Shown: positions 8,335-18,435 of the stretch, piece after piece
Layout: each line of letters starts with the position of its first letter
How positions within the stretch are numbered: position 1 is the stretch's first letter
Assembly: GCA_965249045.1 (NCBI GenBank)
Contig: OZ252213.1
Location: 1,399,904-1,463,903, forward strand
Direction: 5' to 3'
Length of the DNA: 64,000 bases
Origin: Thermodesulfobacteriota bacterium
GTDB lineage: Bacteria > Desulfobacterota_D > UBA1144 > Nemesobacterales > Nemesobacteraceae
The notes under the pieces: model-generated
What the model saw: the letters and a program-made list of their open reading frames with translations, nothing else
Databases searched by the model: none
What the model was told of the DNA's origin: nothing
Position numbers and translations under genes: made by a program

Positions 8335-8537
8335 GGGTGGTGACGCTGTAATCAGCGTTCTTAACCTGATATCCCGGCTTTTTTCTGCGCTAAGCAAACC
8401 GAAGACGTTGCGCGGGTGGTGGTTTAACCGCGCTCGGGGGTTGTTGCGTAATCGTGTTTTGCAACCCTTCCCTCCCGGTTTTTCAATTCCGAGTAATTTC
8501 TTGATTCCGCACAAAGAAGAATTATTTTGTGTCTGAG

Positions 8538-11123
8538 ATGATTTCACCCGAAAAATTTACTCTAAAAGCCCAGGAAGCTATCTTGGAGGCCCGAAACGCG
8601 GCGGGCGACAGCGGAAACCAGGTAATTGATCTGCCCCATCTCTTTGTGGCTCTTATAAACCAGCCTGGAATACCGATCGAGATCCTCAAGCGACTGGGAT
8701 CTGATCCCCAGGTGCTTGTTCGAAGAGCCGCGGAGCAGATATCAAAGCTCCCCAGGGTCAAGGGAGCATCCGACCGGATATACATGAGCAGAGAGCTTGA
8801 TTCTGCGATCCGGACAGCCGACAAGGAAGCACAACATCTGGGGGACACGTATGTAAGCACAGAACACCTTCTGATCGGAATTGTTTCTCACGCCGGTGGA
8901 GTGCTTAAAGACGGATTTTCGGAATCGGGTATAACCAAGGAAGGGATTTTTAAGGCATTAAAAGAACTGAGAGGTAACCAAACAGTGAATACACAGAACC
9001 CCGAAGATACAATGGAACCGCTTCGCCAGTACGGAAAGGATTTCACCGAGCTTGCCCGAAGGGGGAAAATAGATCCTGTTATCGGAAGAGATGAAGAGAT
9101 AAGAAGAGTGATCCGGGTACTTCTTCGAAGAACGAAGAACAACCCGGTGCTCATAGGGGAACCTGGAGTGGGGAAAACGGCTATAGTCGAGGGGCTTGCC
9201 CAGCGGATAGTCGACTCTGATGTTCCCGAAGGGCTTAAGGATAAAAAACTCATTTCTCTCGATCTGGGATCGCTGCTTGCGGGAGCGAAGTACAGGGGAC
9301 AGTTCGAAGAAAGACTCAAAGCGGTACTCAAAGAAGTTACGGAGTCCGAGGGAGAGATAATTCTTTTCATAGATGAGATACATACCGTTGTGGGAGCCGG
9401 CGCGGCGGACGGAGCGATGGACGCGTCAAACATGCTCAAGCCGGCTTTGGCACGGGGAGAGCTTCACTGCATAGGAGCAACCACGCTTGATGAATACAGA
9501 AACCGCATAGAAAAAGACGCCGCCCTTGAGCGCAGGTTCCAGCAGGTCTACGTTGACGAACCTTCCGTCGAAGAAAGCATTTCGATACTAAGAGGGCTTA
9601 AGGAAAAATATGAGGTTCACCACGGCGTGAAAATCAAGGACGAGGCTCTTGTCGCCGCCGCCCAGCTTTCAAACAGATATATATCAGGGCGGTTTCTGCC
9701 AGATAAGGCCGTTGACCTCATGGATGAAGCCTCGGCGCGACTAAAAATGGAAATTGACTCCGTGCCGACAGAGATAGATGAGATAAGAAGAAAGGTAATG
9801 CGCCTTGAAATAGAAAGGGAGGGATTTAAAAAAGAGCAGGATCCCGAACTTCTGGGAAAACTTGAAGACCTTGAGAAAAACCTTCTGGAACTAAAGGAGG
9901 AAGCAGAGGTACTTGAAGCACATTGGCAGAAAGAAAAAGACTGCATATCGAGGATAAGAAAAACCAAAGAGGAAATAGAAAACGCTAGAATGGAAGCGGA
10001 AAAAGCGCAGAGAGAAGGGGATTTCTCCCGTGCATCTGAATTTCTTTACGGCAGGATTCCCGAGCTTGAGAAGAAGATGGAAAACCTCGGCACGGAGCTC
10101 TCCGAAATACAGAGTCAAAGGAAAATGCTTCGCGAGGAGGTAAGCGCCGAGGATATAGCTATAGTTGTGTCGAAGTGGACGGGAATACCTTTATCAAGCC
10201 TGGTTGAGGAGGAAGTAGAAAAACTCGTTCACATGGAGGAAAGACTTTCCGAACGGGTGGTGGGACAGCCGGAGCCGATAAAGCTGGTCTCAAACGCGCT
10301 TCGCAGATCAAGGGCGGGACTATCCGATCCGAAAAGACCCATAAGTTCGTTTATATTCCTCGGACCCAGCGGGGTTGGCAAGACGGAACTCGCCAAATCG
10401 CTTGCCGAGTTCATGTTTGATGATGAAAACGCGATTGTACGGATTGATATGAGCGAGTATATGGAAAAGCACTCCGTATCAAGACTGATTGGAGCGCCTC
10501 CCGGGTATGTCGGGTACGAGGCGGGAGGACAGCTTTCGGAAACCGTGAGAAGGCGGCCCTACTCCGTAGTGCTTTTTGACGAGATAGAAAAAGCGCATGC
10601 CGACGTGTTTAACCTGCTTCTTCAGATTCTTGACGACGGAAGGCTCACCGACGGGCAGGGAAAAACGGTGGATTTCAGGAACACTGTAATAATAATGACC
10701 TCAAACCTCGGAAGCCAATATATACAGGAATCGTCAGGAAACAGCGGGGAGATGGAGAGCAGTATAAAGGAGACACTCAGAAATCATTTCCGCCCTGAGT
10801 TTCTAAACAGAATTGATGAAGTCGTTATATTCAGCGGTCTAAAAAGAACCGACCTTATGAAAATAGCCGAGATTCAGATCGGATATCTGAGAGAGAGACT
10901 TGGGGAAAAGGGCCTCGGAATAGAGCTTTCCGAAAAAGCTATCGTAAAACTAGTTGATATTGGTTACGACCCTGTCTTCGGAGCTAGGCCGATTAACCGC
11001 GCTATACAGAAATACATTCAGGACCCGCTTGCAAACGAGATACTGAAAGGAAATTTCGAGAACTCAGCCATGATAAAGATAAACCTGGACAAAGAAGGAA
11101 ACTTCACTTTCGGAAGAAAGTAA
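8538..11123 (+). CDS. clpB: ATP-dependent chaperone ClpB
   Basis: Two AAA+ modules are present ([16 protein letters not shown]), with a coiled-coil middle domain and a ClpB-type N-domain. The listed ORF starts at GTG 8529. ATG 8538 is the likelier start. Confidence 0.95.
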   Translation: MISPEKFTLKAQEAILEARNAAGDSGNQVIDLPHLFVALINQPGIPIEILKRLGSDPQVLVRRAAEQISKLPRVKGASDRIYMSRELDSAIRTADKEAQHLGDTYVSTEHLLIGIVSHAGGVLKDGFSESGITKEGIFKALKELRGNQTVNTQNPEDTMEPLRQYGKDFTELARRGKIDPVIGRDEEIRRVIRVLLRRTKNNPVLIGEPGVGKTAIVEGLAQRIVDSDVPEGLKDKKLISLDLGSLLAGAKYRGQFEERLKAVLKEVTESEGEIILFIDEIHTVVGAGAADGAMDASNMLKPALARGELHCIGATTLDEYRNRIEKDAALERRFQQVYVDEPSVEESISILRGLKEKYEVHHGVKIKDEALVAAAQLSNRYISGRFLPDKAVDLMDEASARLKMEIDSVPTEIDEIRRKVMRLEIEREGFKKEQDPELLGKLEDLEKNLLELKEEAEVLEAHWQKEKDCISRIRKTKEEIENARMEAEKAQREGDFSRASEFLYGRIPELEKKMENLGTELSEIQSQRKMLREEVSAEDIAIVVSKWTGIPLSSLVEEEVEKLVHMEERLSERVVGQPEPIKLVSNALRRSRAGLSDPKRPISSFIFLGPSGVGKTELAKSLAEFMFDDENAIVRIDMSEYMEKHSVSRLIGAPPGYVGYEAGGQLSETVRRRPYSVVLFDEIEKAHADVFNLLLQILDDGRLTDGQGKTVDFRNTVIIMTSNLGSQYIQESSGNSGEMESSIKETLRNHFRPEFLNRIDEVVIFSGLKRTDLMKIAEIQIGYLRERLGEKGLGIELSEKAIVKLVDIGYDPVFGARPINRAIQKYIQDPLANEILKGNFENSAMIKINLDKEGNFTFGRK

Positions 11124-11130
11124 CTGCGGA

Positions 11131-11343
11131 TCAAAGCTCAAACTTGCTAGTCAGAAACAATGTTCGTCCTAGGATTGAATCAAGATAAAGCGCCTGAGCT
11201 TCATCTTGGTTGGGGCGGGATTGACTCTCGTTGCCGATATTCAGGATGCCTCCCGTAAGCTCAAACCATTTGAATCCAAACGCTTTTTCTCGGTTAAGTG
11301 AGATGTCATGCCCGATCCAACGCTTGTAGCGTTTAGTCTTCAT
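11131..11343 (-). CDS. Hypothetical 70-aa ORF in the convergent clpB/proS intergenic region. It may be a degenerate IS relic.
   Basis: The ORF is open only. Neighbouring frames on the same strand contain a CTFC (CxxC) fragment and a short motif (gccgatattc) shared with the hairpin region beside tnpB. The evidence is weak. Confidence 0.2.
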   Translation of the reverse strand: MKTKRYKRWIGHDISLNREKAFGFKWFELTGGILNIGNESQSRPNQDEAQALYLDSILGRTLFLTSKFEL

Positions 11344-11488
11344 CGTTATTCCAGCAACTTGAAACCGCGTGCGTGTTCCATTGCACGGTCATATTGTTCC
11401 GACCTGCGTTGAGCAAAAGGTGCAGACGGTTGCGGGGGCGGATAGCAGTGTGGCTGACTGGTTACAAAATTTTTTGTTCCCGGTTTTC

Positions 11489-13222
11489 TTATTTCTCTTC
11501 AACCAGAAGAGCCGCAATTTCCCCCGGAACTTCTTCCACGGCCACGGTTATTCTCTCACCGGAGTTTCTATTTTTTATCTCTACTTTGCCTTCTTTGAGA
11601 TTTCTTCGCCCGATGGTAACCTGAATCGGAATTCCGAGCAGATCTGAGTCCTTAAATTTCACTCCGGCAGTTTCCGCCCTGTCATCAATCAGAACATCCA
11701 CCCCGTCGCGAAGAAGTTTTAAGTATATTTCTTCCGCTGCGTCCTTTACGTCCTGCTGTTTCATGTTTATCAGAAGCACGGAAACTTCAAACGGAGCCAG
11801 AGGAACGGGGAATTTTATTCCGTACTCATCGTTATTCTGTTCTATCGCCGCTGCTACCGTTCTTCCTATCCCTATTCCGTAACAACCCATAACAAGGGGT
11901 TTTTCCGCTCCCCTCTCATCTACGTAGGTAGCTCCCAAGGCTTCGCTGTATTTGGTGCCCAGTTTAAAAACATGCCCGACTTCAATGCCCCTTGACGCTT
12001 TTAGAACGCCGTTTTCGGAAACGGGGCAAGGGTCTCCTTCCCTCGCCACTCTTATATCCGCGTAGGAATCCGCTTCAAAATCCCGCCCGGGGTTAACGCC
12101 GGTTATGTGGTAGTCGCCCTTGTTGGCACCCGTTACAACGTTTTTCATATTGCGAACCGACTTATCCGCAACCACTCTTACGTTCTTTCTTTTAAGAGCA
12201 ACCGGTCCGCTGAACCCAAGGGGTCCGCCCGAAACCTCCGAAATGGTCTGCGGGTCGGCAAGTTCTGCGACATCACATCCAAGAAAATTCTTAAGCTTGG
12301 TCAGGCTCAGTTCCGTGTCTCCTCTTACAAGCGCAACTACCGGTTCCGTTTCAGTACGCACTATAAGGGTCTTTATAAGTTTCTCCGCACCGACTTTTAA
12401 AAGCTGCGCCACTTCCTCAACCGTCTTAAGACCCGGGGTATGAACCTCGGAAACATCGTCAAGCCCGGAGGTTGTTCTAAGCCCTTCTCTTTCGTCTTCT
12501 GAAATGCCGATTTTCGCAAGTTCGAGGTTGGCGGCGTAATCAGCTTCGGTGGAACTCATTATCACATCTTCCCCTGTGTCGGCCGTCACCATGAACTCAT
12601 GAGAGAAACTTCCTCCGATATTTCCGGAATCGGCGGCAACCACGCTGAATTCAAGGCCGCACCTCTCGAATATGCGCACATAAGCGTCGTACATCGCCTG
12701 GTAGGAGCGATCCGCCTCCTCATCTGAAACGTCAAAGCTGTAGGCGTCTTTCATTATGAATTCGCGCGCCCTCATAATTCCGAACCGGGGGCGGATCTCA
12801 TCCCTGAACTTCGTTTGTATCTGGTAGAAATTAACCGGAAGCTGCTTGTAGGAACGGATCTCCCTTCGGACCATGTCCGTTATTATTTCCTCATGGGTAG
12901 GCCCCAGGCAGAAATCCCGCTCGGCGCGATCCTTGAATCGAAGCAGCTCCTTTCCGTAGTAATCCCATCTGGCGCTTTCAATCCAGGGTCCAGCCGGAAG
13001 CACCGCGGGCATGAGAAGCTCGATGGCCCCGGCCCTGTTCATTTCCTCCCGCACTATGTTCTCAACTTTCCTTATGGATTTGAGTCCCAGAGGAAGGTAG
13101 TTGTAGATCCCGGCCGCAAGCTTTCTTATCATGCCGGCTCTTACCATAAGCTTGTGACTTATGATCTCGGCATCCGAAGGGTCTTCCTTGACTGTGGGTA
13201 TGAAATAGGAAGAAAACCTCAT
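11489..13222 (-). CDS. proS: Prolyl-tRNA synthetase (bacterial type)
   Basis: 577 aa with class II aaRS motifs and an editing-domain insertion. The N-terminus reads MRFSSYFIPTVKE. Confidence 0.95.
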   Translation of the reverse strand: MRFSSYFIPTVKEDPSDAEIISHKLMVRAGMIRKLAAGIYNYLPLGLKSIRKVENIVREEMNRAGAIELLMPAVLPAGPWIESARWDYYGKELLRFKDRAERDFCLGPTHEEIITDMVRREIRSYKQLPVNFYQIQTKFRDEIRPRFGIMRAREFIMKDAYSFDVSDEEADRSYQAMYDAYVRIFERCGLEFSVVAADSGNIGGSFSHEFMVTADTGEDVIMSSTEADYAANLELAKIGISEDEREGLRTTSGLDDVSEVHTPGLKTVEEVAQLLKVGAEKLIKTLIVRTETEPVVALVRGDTELSLTKLKNFLGCDVAELADPQTISEVSGGPLGFSGPVALKRKNVRVVADKSVRNMKNVVTGANKGDYHITGVNPGRDFEADSYADIRVAREGDPCPVSENGVLKASRGIEVGHVFKLGTKYSEALGATYVDERGAEKPLVMGCYGIGIGRTVAAAIEQNNDEYGIKFPVPLAPFEVSVLLINMKQQDVKDAAEEIYLKLLRDGVDVLIDDRAETAGVKFKDSDLLGIPIQVTIGRRNLKEGKVEIKNRNSGERITVAVEEVPGEIAALLVEEK

Positions 13223-13285
13223 CCGTTTCTCTCCTTTAAAGCAATTTAAAACTCAGCCGGAAAACAATTTCGCGGGGTTCTGGGT

Positions 13286-14344
13286 TCAGTTAACGTAGTT
13301 TCTTTCTATTTCCTTAACAAGTTCCCCGACCAAATCGGCTTCTTTGAAAGATTTTATCAGTTTTCCGTCCCGATAAAGCATTCCCTTCCCCCTTCCCCCG
13401 GCTATTCCTATATCGGCTTCCGCAGCTTCGCCCGGCCCGTTAACAACGCAGCCCAGGATGGCGACTTTAACCGGTCTTTGGAGGTTAAAACCGGAGACAC
13501 CCTGCGCGACTTCCGAAACGAGTTTTTCAAGATCTATTTCAAGCCGACCGCATCCGGGACACGAGATAAGTTCGATTCCGTTGTTCCTCATTCCCAGAGA
13601 CCTCAGTATGTTCATTCCGACAACGATCTCCTCCACCGGATCGCCAGTTAAAGAGACCCTTATCGTATCTCCTATCCCTTCGGCCAGAAGCGCCCCGATT
13701 CCTATTGAAGATTTCACCGTTCCCATCCCCGGGGTTCCGGCCTCGGTAACTCCGAGATGGAGAGGGTATTCGGTTTTCTCCGCGAGCATTCTGTACGCGG
13801 TGATCATTTTCCTCACGTCGGTGGATTTAACGGAAATCTTTATGTCGTAAAAATCAAGGTCCTCGAGTATGCGCACATGCCTCATCGCGCTTTCAACCAA
13901 GGCTTCCGCGGTGGGATGCTCGTACTTTTTGAGTATGTCTTTTTCAAGAGAGCCTGAATTTACGCCTATCCTTATGGGAATTTTCCTTTCCCTGCAGGCG
14001 TCAACCACGGCCTTTATTCTGTACCTCGCGCCGATGTTTCCGGGATTTATTCTCATCCCGTCAACTCCCTGTTTTATTGACTCGAGGGCTAGTCTGTAAT
14101 CGAAGTGTATATCCGAGACGAGCGGGATTCTTGTTTCATTCCGTATAGGCCCCAGAGCTCTTGCGGCATCCATGTCCGGAACAGCGACCCTGACGATATC
14201 ACAGCCGGCTTCTTCAAGTCTTTTTATCTGGGAGACGGTTGACGCGACATCTCTCGTGTCGGTAATGGTCATTGACTGAACCGATACAGGAGCTCCCCCG
14301 CCTATTTTCACGTTGCCGATTGATATCTGCCGGGATTGTCTCAT
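13286..14344 (-). CDS. ispG: 4-hydroxy-3-methylbut-2-en-1-yl diphosphate synthase (IspG/GcpE)
   Basis: 352 aa. The N-terminus MRQSRQISIGNVKIGGGAPVSVQSMT and the C-terminal Cys cluster (CPGCGR) are characteristic. Confidence 0.95.
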   Translation of the reverse strand: MRQSRQISIGNVKIGGGAPVSVQSMTITDTRDVASTVSQIKRLEEAGCDIVRVAVPDMDAARALGPIRNETRIPLVSDIHFDYRLALESIKQGVDGMRINPGNIGARYRIKAVVDACRERKIPIRIGVNSGSLEKDILKKYEHPTAEALVESAMRHVRILEDLDFYDIKISVKSTDVRKMITAYRMLAEKTEYPLHLGVTEAGTPGMGTVKSSIGIGALLAEGIGDTIRVSLTGDPVEEIVVGMNILRSLGMRNNGIELISCPGCGRLEIDLEKLVSEVAQGVSGFNLQRPVKVAILGCVVNGPGEAAEADIGIAGGRGKGMLYRDGKLIKSFKEADLVGELVKEIERNYVN

Positions 14345-14399
14345 AACTTGCGGAGAATGCTATTGAATAGTTAGGGAATTATATACTTGTTACACAAGA

Positions 14400-14427
14400 T
14401 TGCAACTGTTTGACAGATCGGTATAAT
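14400..14427 (+). promoter_or_regulatory. Sigma70-like promoter for the DUF59-apbC genes (TTGCAA, 16-nt spacer, TATAAT)
   Basis: Read directly: -35 ttgcaa at 14400-14405 and -10 tataat at 14422-14427. It lies in the divergent ispG/DUF59 intergenic region. Confidence 0.4.
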
Positions 14428-14592
14428 GTAACGATGATAAAGACTTACAAATGCCGTGCTAGAATCTCCAAGCCAAGTCATAAGGCGTTATCCCGCATAT
14501 TTGATTGGGCCCCGGAGTAGAGAGCAAAGGATGACGCTTATCAGCGCGTCTGGTATGTGCGGAGAACAAAAAAAAGAAGGAGGCAAAAAATC

Positions 14593-14997
14593 ATGGGGAT
14601 GAAAAAGATAATCCAGATAGACAGGGGCGGTTCCTCGAAAGATAAAAGCGGCGTGTCTTTTACCAAGTTTGAAAAGAAAGAAAAACCCGAAGACAGTCCC
14701 GAAGTAACAGAGAAAATCGTCTACGACGCTCTTAGGGAAGTGCACGATCCCGAGCTTCCCGTGAACATAGTGGATCTTGGGCTTATTTACGACACCAAAA
14801 TCTCCGGGCGAAACATTCAGGTCAAGATGACGCTTACAACTCCCGGGTGCGGCATGGGCGCGCAGATAGCCGGTCAGGCGGAAATGGCCCTTAAGAACGC
14901 AGGAGCTGATAATGTGCTCATAGAAGTGATATGGGATCCTCCCTGGAACCCCGACATGATATCCGAAGAAGGAAAAAAGAAGCTGGGTATCACATAG
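14593..14997 (+). CDS. DUF59/MIP18-family Fe-S cluster assembly protein (SufT-like)
   Basis: It contains HDPELPVNIVDLGLIY...TLTTPGCGMG. The ATG at 14593 is preceded by GAAGGAGG. The listed ORF starts 36 nt earlier. Confidence 0.75.
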   Translation: MGMKKIIQIDRGGSSKDKSGVSFTKFEKKEKPEDSPEVTEKIVYDALREVHDPELPVNIVDLGLIYDTKISGRNIQVKMTLTTPGCGMGAQIAGQAEMALKNAGADNVLIEVIWDPPWNPDMISEEGKKKLGIT

Positions 14998-15010
14998 GGA
15001 GACTCTTTTT

Positions 15011-16057
15011 GTGGAAATAACCAGAGAACAGATAATAAAAATTCTTAAGGGAGTGAACTATCCTGGTTTTAACCGAGACATAATGTCTTTCGGCCTCGTA
15101 AAAGATATTCTCGTGGAAGGCTCGAAAGTTACCCTCTCCATAGTACTTCCCAAACCCGATCAGAAGCTTCAGTCCGCAATTGAAGAAGAAGTCCGAAAAG
15201 CCATCTTCGGCATACCCGGGGTTGAAGATCTTTCGATTAAGATCGGCGCGCGGCCGCAGAAGCAGATAACTACCGACTCGGGTGGTGAAAAAAGCAAGCT
15301 TCCCGACGTAAAGTACTACATAGCCGTGGCAAGCGGCAAGGGAGGAGTCGGCAAATCAACTGTAGCGACCAATCTTTCCCTGGCGATTTCCAAAAAAAGA
15401 AAGAAAGTCGGACTTCTGGACGCCGATATCTGGGGACCGAGCGCTCCTTTAATGATGGGGATAAGTGAAAAGCCCCGAGCGACTACCGACGATAAAATTA
15501 TCCCCATAGAAAAATTCGGTCTCAAGGTGATGTCGATCGGGTTTCTCGTGAACGAGGAAGACGCCGTTATATGGAGAGGCCCCATGGTGCACGGAGCTAT
15601 AAAGCAGTTTATTGAAGACGTTGAGTGGAGTGGAACTGATTACCTGATAATTGACCTTCCTCCAGGCACAGGGGACGCCCAGCTTTCCTTGGCACAGACG
15701 GCTCCAATAAGTGGAGGGGTTATAGTAACCACTCCGCAGGACGTGGCCCTCGTGGACGTGAGAAGGGGAATACTGATGTTTAACAAACTCAATATTCCTA
15801 TTCTTGGCATAGTGGAGAACATGAGTTATCTCGATATGCCGAATGTAGACGGGAAGATCGACATATTCGGCAGGGGCGGTGGAAGACGAATGGCGGAGAG
15901 GTTTGAAGTTCCGTTTCTGGGAGAAATCCCTATTGATCCCAGGATAAGAATCGGCGGGGATAACGGGACCCCGATTGTGGAGTCTGATCCGGAAAGCATC
16001 GCGGGAAAGGCCTTTTTTGAAATCGCAGACAGAATCCTTGAGTCCCTAGAGGACTGA
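15011..16057 (+). CDS. apbC: Mrp/NBP35/ApbC-family Fe-S cluster carrier ATPase with an N-terminal DUF59 domain
   Basis: A deviant Walker A (ASGKGGVGKST) is present, the N-terminal domain is DUF59-like, and there is a CxxC region. GTG start. Confidence 0.9.
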   Translation: MEITREQIIKILKGVNYPGFNRDIMSFGLVKDILVEGSKVTLSIVLPKPDQKLQSAIEEEVRKAIFGIPGVEDLSIKIGARPQKQITTDSGGEKSKLPDVKYYIAVASGKGGVGKSTVATNLSLAISKKRKKVGLLDADIWGPSAPLMMGISEKPRATTDDKIIPIEKFGLKVMSIGFLVNEEDAVIWRGPMVHGAIKQFIEDVEWSGTDYLIIDLPPGTGDAQLSLAQTAPISGGVIVTTPQDVALVDVRRGILMFNKLNIPILGIVENMSYLDMPNVDGKIDIFGRGGGRRMAERFEVPFLGEIPIDPRIRIGGDNGTPIVESDPESIAGKAFFEIADRILESLED

Positions 16058-16250
16058 CCGACAGACAGACATAACCACACTGTCGGCCTCTCGGGAATCT
16101 CAAATCAACTACCTGATTCAACCACCAAAAATCCAAACAGCTTTTTAATTAGGTCTGCGAAGATCGCCAAAGGAACACGATCCTAGCCAATTTCCCTGAA
16201 TCTCAAGTAGAATTACAAAAGAGCATGAGAAAACCGAGGTTTTTATTTTC

Positions 16251-17204
16251 ATGAACACAGGAAAGGACCCTTACGCGGTACTCGGCGTACCGAGAAACGC
16301 AACACAGGATCAGATAAAAAAGGCGTACAGAGACCTCGCCAGAAAACATCACCCTGACATGAACCAGGGAGATAAAAAATCCGAGGAAAAATTCAAGGAA
16401 ATCCAGCACGCTTACGAAACCCTTTCTGACCCGGAGAAGAAAAAAAGCTACGATATGTTCGGAACAAGCGGTTTCGGCGGACAGAGACCGGGTGGCGGGG
16501 GTGGAAGTTACAGACAGTATTCACGGGGTTTTCCGGGTATAGACGAGATTTTCAAAGATATCTTTTCCCAAGGAGGCGCATCCTACGGTATGGGTGGAGC
16601 CAGAGGAAATTTCGGGGATATTTTCGATTTCGGCGCCACGCGACAGCAGCCTAGAAAACCGAAGAACATCCAGCACACCGTAACCCTTGATTTTGAGACC
16701 GCCGTAAAAGGCGGAGAAAAAGAACTTCTGATGAAACCCCCCGAAGGTGAAACGAAAAAAATAAGAGTCAGGATTCCGTCAGGAGTGAAAACCGGGTCTA
16801 AGGTGAGACTGCCGGGTAAAGGCGAACAACTGAATTCCATGGCCGGGGATCTCATACTCGAAATAAAGGTTTTGCCGCATCCGATTTTCAAAAGGGAGAA
16901 TGACGATATATATATTGATCTTCCGTTAACGGTTTATGAGGCCACCCTGGGAACGCTGATTGATGTGCCGACCATAGAGAGCCCGGTAAAACTTACGATC
17001 CCTCCCGGGGTCGGAAGCGGCACAAAAATGAGACTTAGAGAAAAGGGAGTGAAAAACCCCAAGACCGGCAAGAGAGGAGATCAGTTCGTAGTTGTTCAGA
17101 TAGCAATGCCGCAGAAATCTGATAAATACATGGAAGACCTCATGAGTGAGATAAAAGAGAAATATCCTTACGACCCTAGAAAAAAATTCCGCCAGTATCT
17201 ATAA
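16251..17204 (+). CDS. cbpA: CbpA-like J-domain co-chaperone (DnaJ homolog lacking the zinc-finger domain)
   Basis: J domain with HPD (DPYAVLGV...KHHPDMN), a Gly-rich linker and the C-terminal DnaJ CTD. There are no CxxCxGxG repeats. Confidence 0.8.
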   Translation: MNTGKDPYAVLGVPRNATQDQIKKAYRDLARKHHPDMNQGDKKSEEKFKEIQHAYETLSDPEKKKSYDMFGTSGFGGQRPGGGGGSYRQYSRGFPGIDEIFKDIFSQGGASYGMGGARGNFGDIFDFGATRQQPRKPKNIQHTVTLDFETAVKGGEKELLMKPPEGETKKIRVRIPSGVKTGSKVRLPGKGEQLNSMAGDLILEIKVLPHPIFKRENDDIYIDLPLTVYEATLGTLIDVPTIESPVKLTIPPGVGSGTKMRLREKGVKNPKTGKRGDQFVVVQIAMPQKSDKYMEDLMSEIKEKYPYDPRKKFRQYL

Positions 17205-17251
17205 TTGATCCGGTGGAGTTAAGGACATACGCATAAGGAGAGTAGTTTGCT

Positions 17252-17515
17252 GTGAGCGACGGACAAGAAGAATTGAAAATGGATTTTTCGGGATTTATTC
17301 TTTCGTTAAACGCCTCGGCTCTTATTCACTTGGGAGAAATTCCCGACCCGCACTCAAAAAAAAGAGAAGTTAACATTCCCGCTGCCAAGCACACCATAAC
17401 CATACTCGAGATACTAGCGGAAAAAACCGAGGGGAATCTTACAGAAGAGGAAAAGCAACTTCTCGACGACATGATTTACAACATCCGCATGAAATACGTA
17501 AAGTCCCTTAGCTGA
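17252..17515 (+). CDS. DUF1844-family small protein
   Basis: 87 aa: MDFSGFILSLNASALIHLGEIPDP...NLTEEEKQLLDDMIYNIRMKY. It lies 47 bp downstream of the cbpA-like gene on the same strand. Confidence 0.6.
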   Translation: MSDGQEELKMDFSGFILSLNASALIHLGEIPDPHSKKREVNIPAAKHTITILEILAEKTEGNLTEEEKQLLDDMIYNIRMKYVKSLS

Positions 17516-17524
17516 TTTCCTCTT

Positions 17525-18427
17525 CTACATCGTTGAGAGTTTCAGAAACTGTCCGTATCTTTCCTCTATTTCCTGCTTTTGAAGCGAACTGAGACGTCTT
17601 ACGCTGAAATCCTCAACGGTAAAAGAAGCCAGAACACTTCCGTAGGCAACCCCTTTTTTAAAGCTGGCAAAATCAAGGTCTTTATCCTGAGACGCCACAT
17701 AACCCATGAATCCTCCGGCAAAAGTGTCTCCTGCTCCCGTTGGGTCAAGCACCTGTTCAAGCATGTAGCTTGGGGCGAAAAACAAAGCTTCCCGGGAGAA
17801 AAGCAAAGCTCCGTACTCCCCTCTTTTCACAATCAGAAATTCCGGGCCCATGTCCATTATCTTTTTCGCCGCCCTGGCCACAAGTGGTTCTTCCGAGAGT
17901 TGTCTTGCCTCAGAATCGTTTATTATGAGGATGTTTACTCTGCCAAGAAGTTTTTTAAGTTCCTGTAGTTTGTTCTCTATCCAGAAATTCATGGTGTCAC
18001 AGGCCACAACGCGGGGCGAACTCACCTGCTCAAGGACTTTCATCTGTATTTCCGGATCGGTGTTGGCCAGGAAAAGATAGTCGGCCTCTCTTGATTTTTC
18101 GGGAACCACAGGATCAAACGACCCCAGAACGCCAAGGGTGACGGAAACGGTTTCGGGATCTTTCATGTCATAGTCGTATCTGCCTTCCCATCTGAAGGTT
18201 TCTCCGGCACTGATCGCTATCCCTTCCGTATCAACGCCCTTTGAGCGAAGCATCTCAGAATAGTCCGGAGGAAAATCGTCTCCTACAGCCGAAACCATAT
18301 GAACATCTGTAAAATTACGGGCCGCCAGAGAAAAATAACAAGCGGATCCCCCAAGCACATCCTCTTCTCTTCCAAAAGGCGTTTCTATGGTATCAATCCC
18401 TACTGAACCTACTACAACTATGCTCAT
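17525..18427 (-). CDS. PfkB-family carbohydrate/nucleoside kinase (ribokinase-like)
   Basis: N-terminal GSVGIDT and a C-terminal DPTGAGDTFAGGF anion-hole motif. Confidence 0.8.
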   Translation of the reverse strand: MSIVVVGSVGIDTIETPFGREEDVLGGSACYFSLAARNFTDVHMVSAVGDDFPPDYSEMLRSKGVDTEGIAISAGETFRWEGRYDYDMKDPETVSVTLGVLGSFDPVVPEKSREADYLFLANTDPEIQMKVLEQVSSPRVVACDTMNFWIENKLQELKKLLGRVNILIINDSEARQLSEEPLVARAAKKIMDMGPEFLIVKRGEYGALLFSREALFFAPSYMLEQVLDPTGAGDTFAGGFMGYVASQDKDLDFASFKKGVAYGSVLASFTVEDFSVRRLSSLQKQEIEERYGQFLKLSTM

Positions 18428-18435
18428 CCGAACCT

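Noticed and set aside
14410-14427. TTGACA followed only 6 nt later by TATAAT upstream of the DUF59 gene
   Set aside because: The spacer is far too short for a sigma70 promoter. The functional pairing is more likely the TTGCAA at 14400 with a 16-nt spacer to the same TATAAT.
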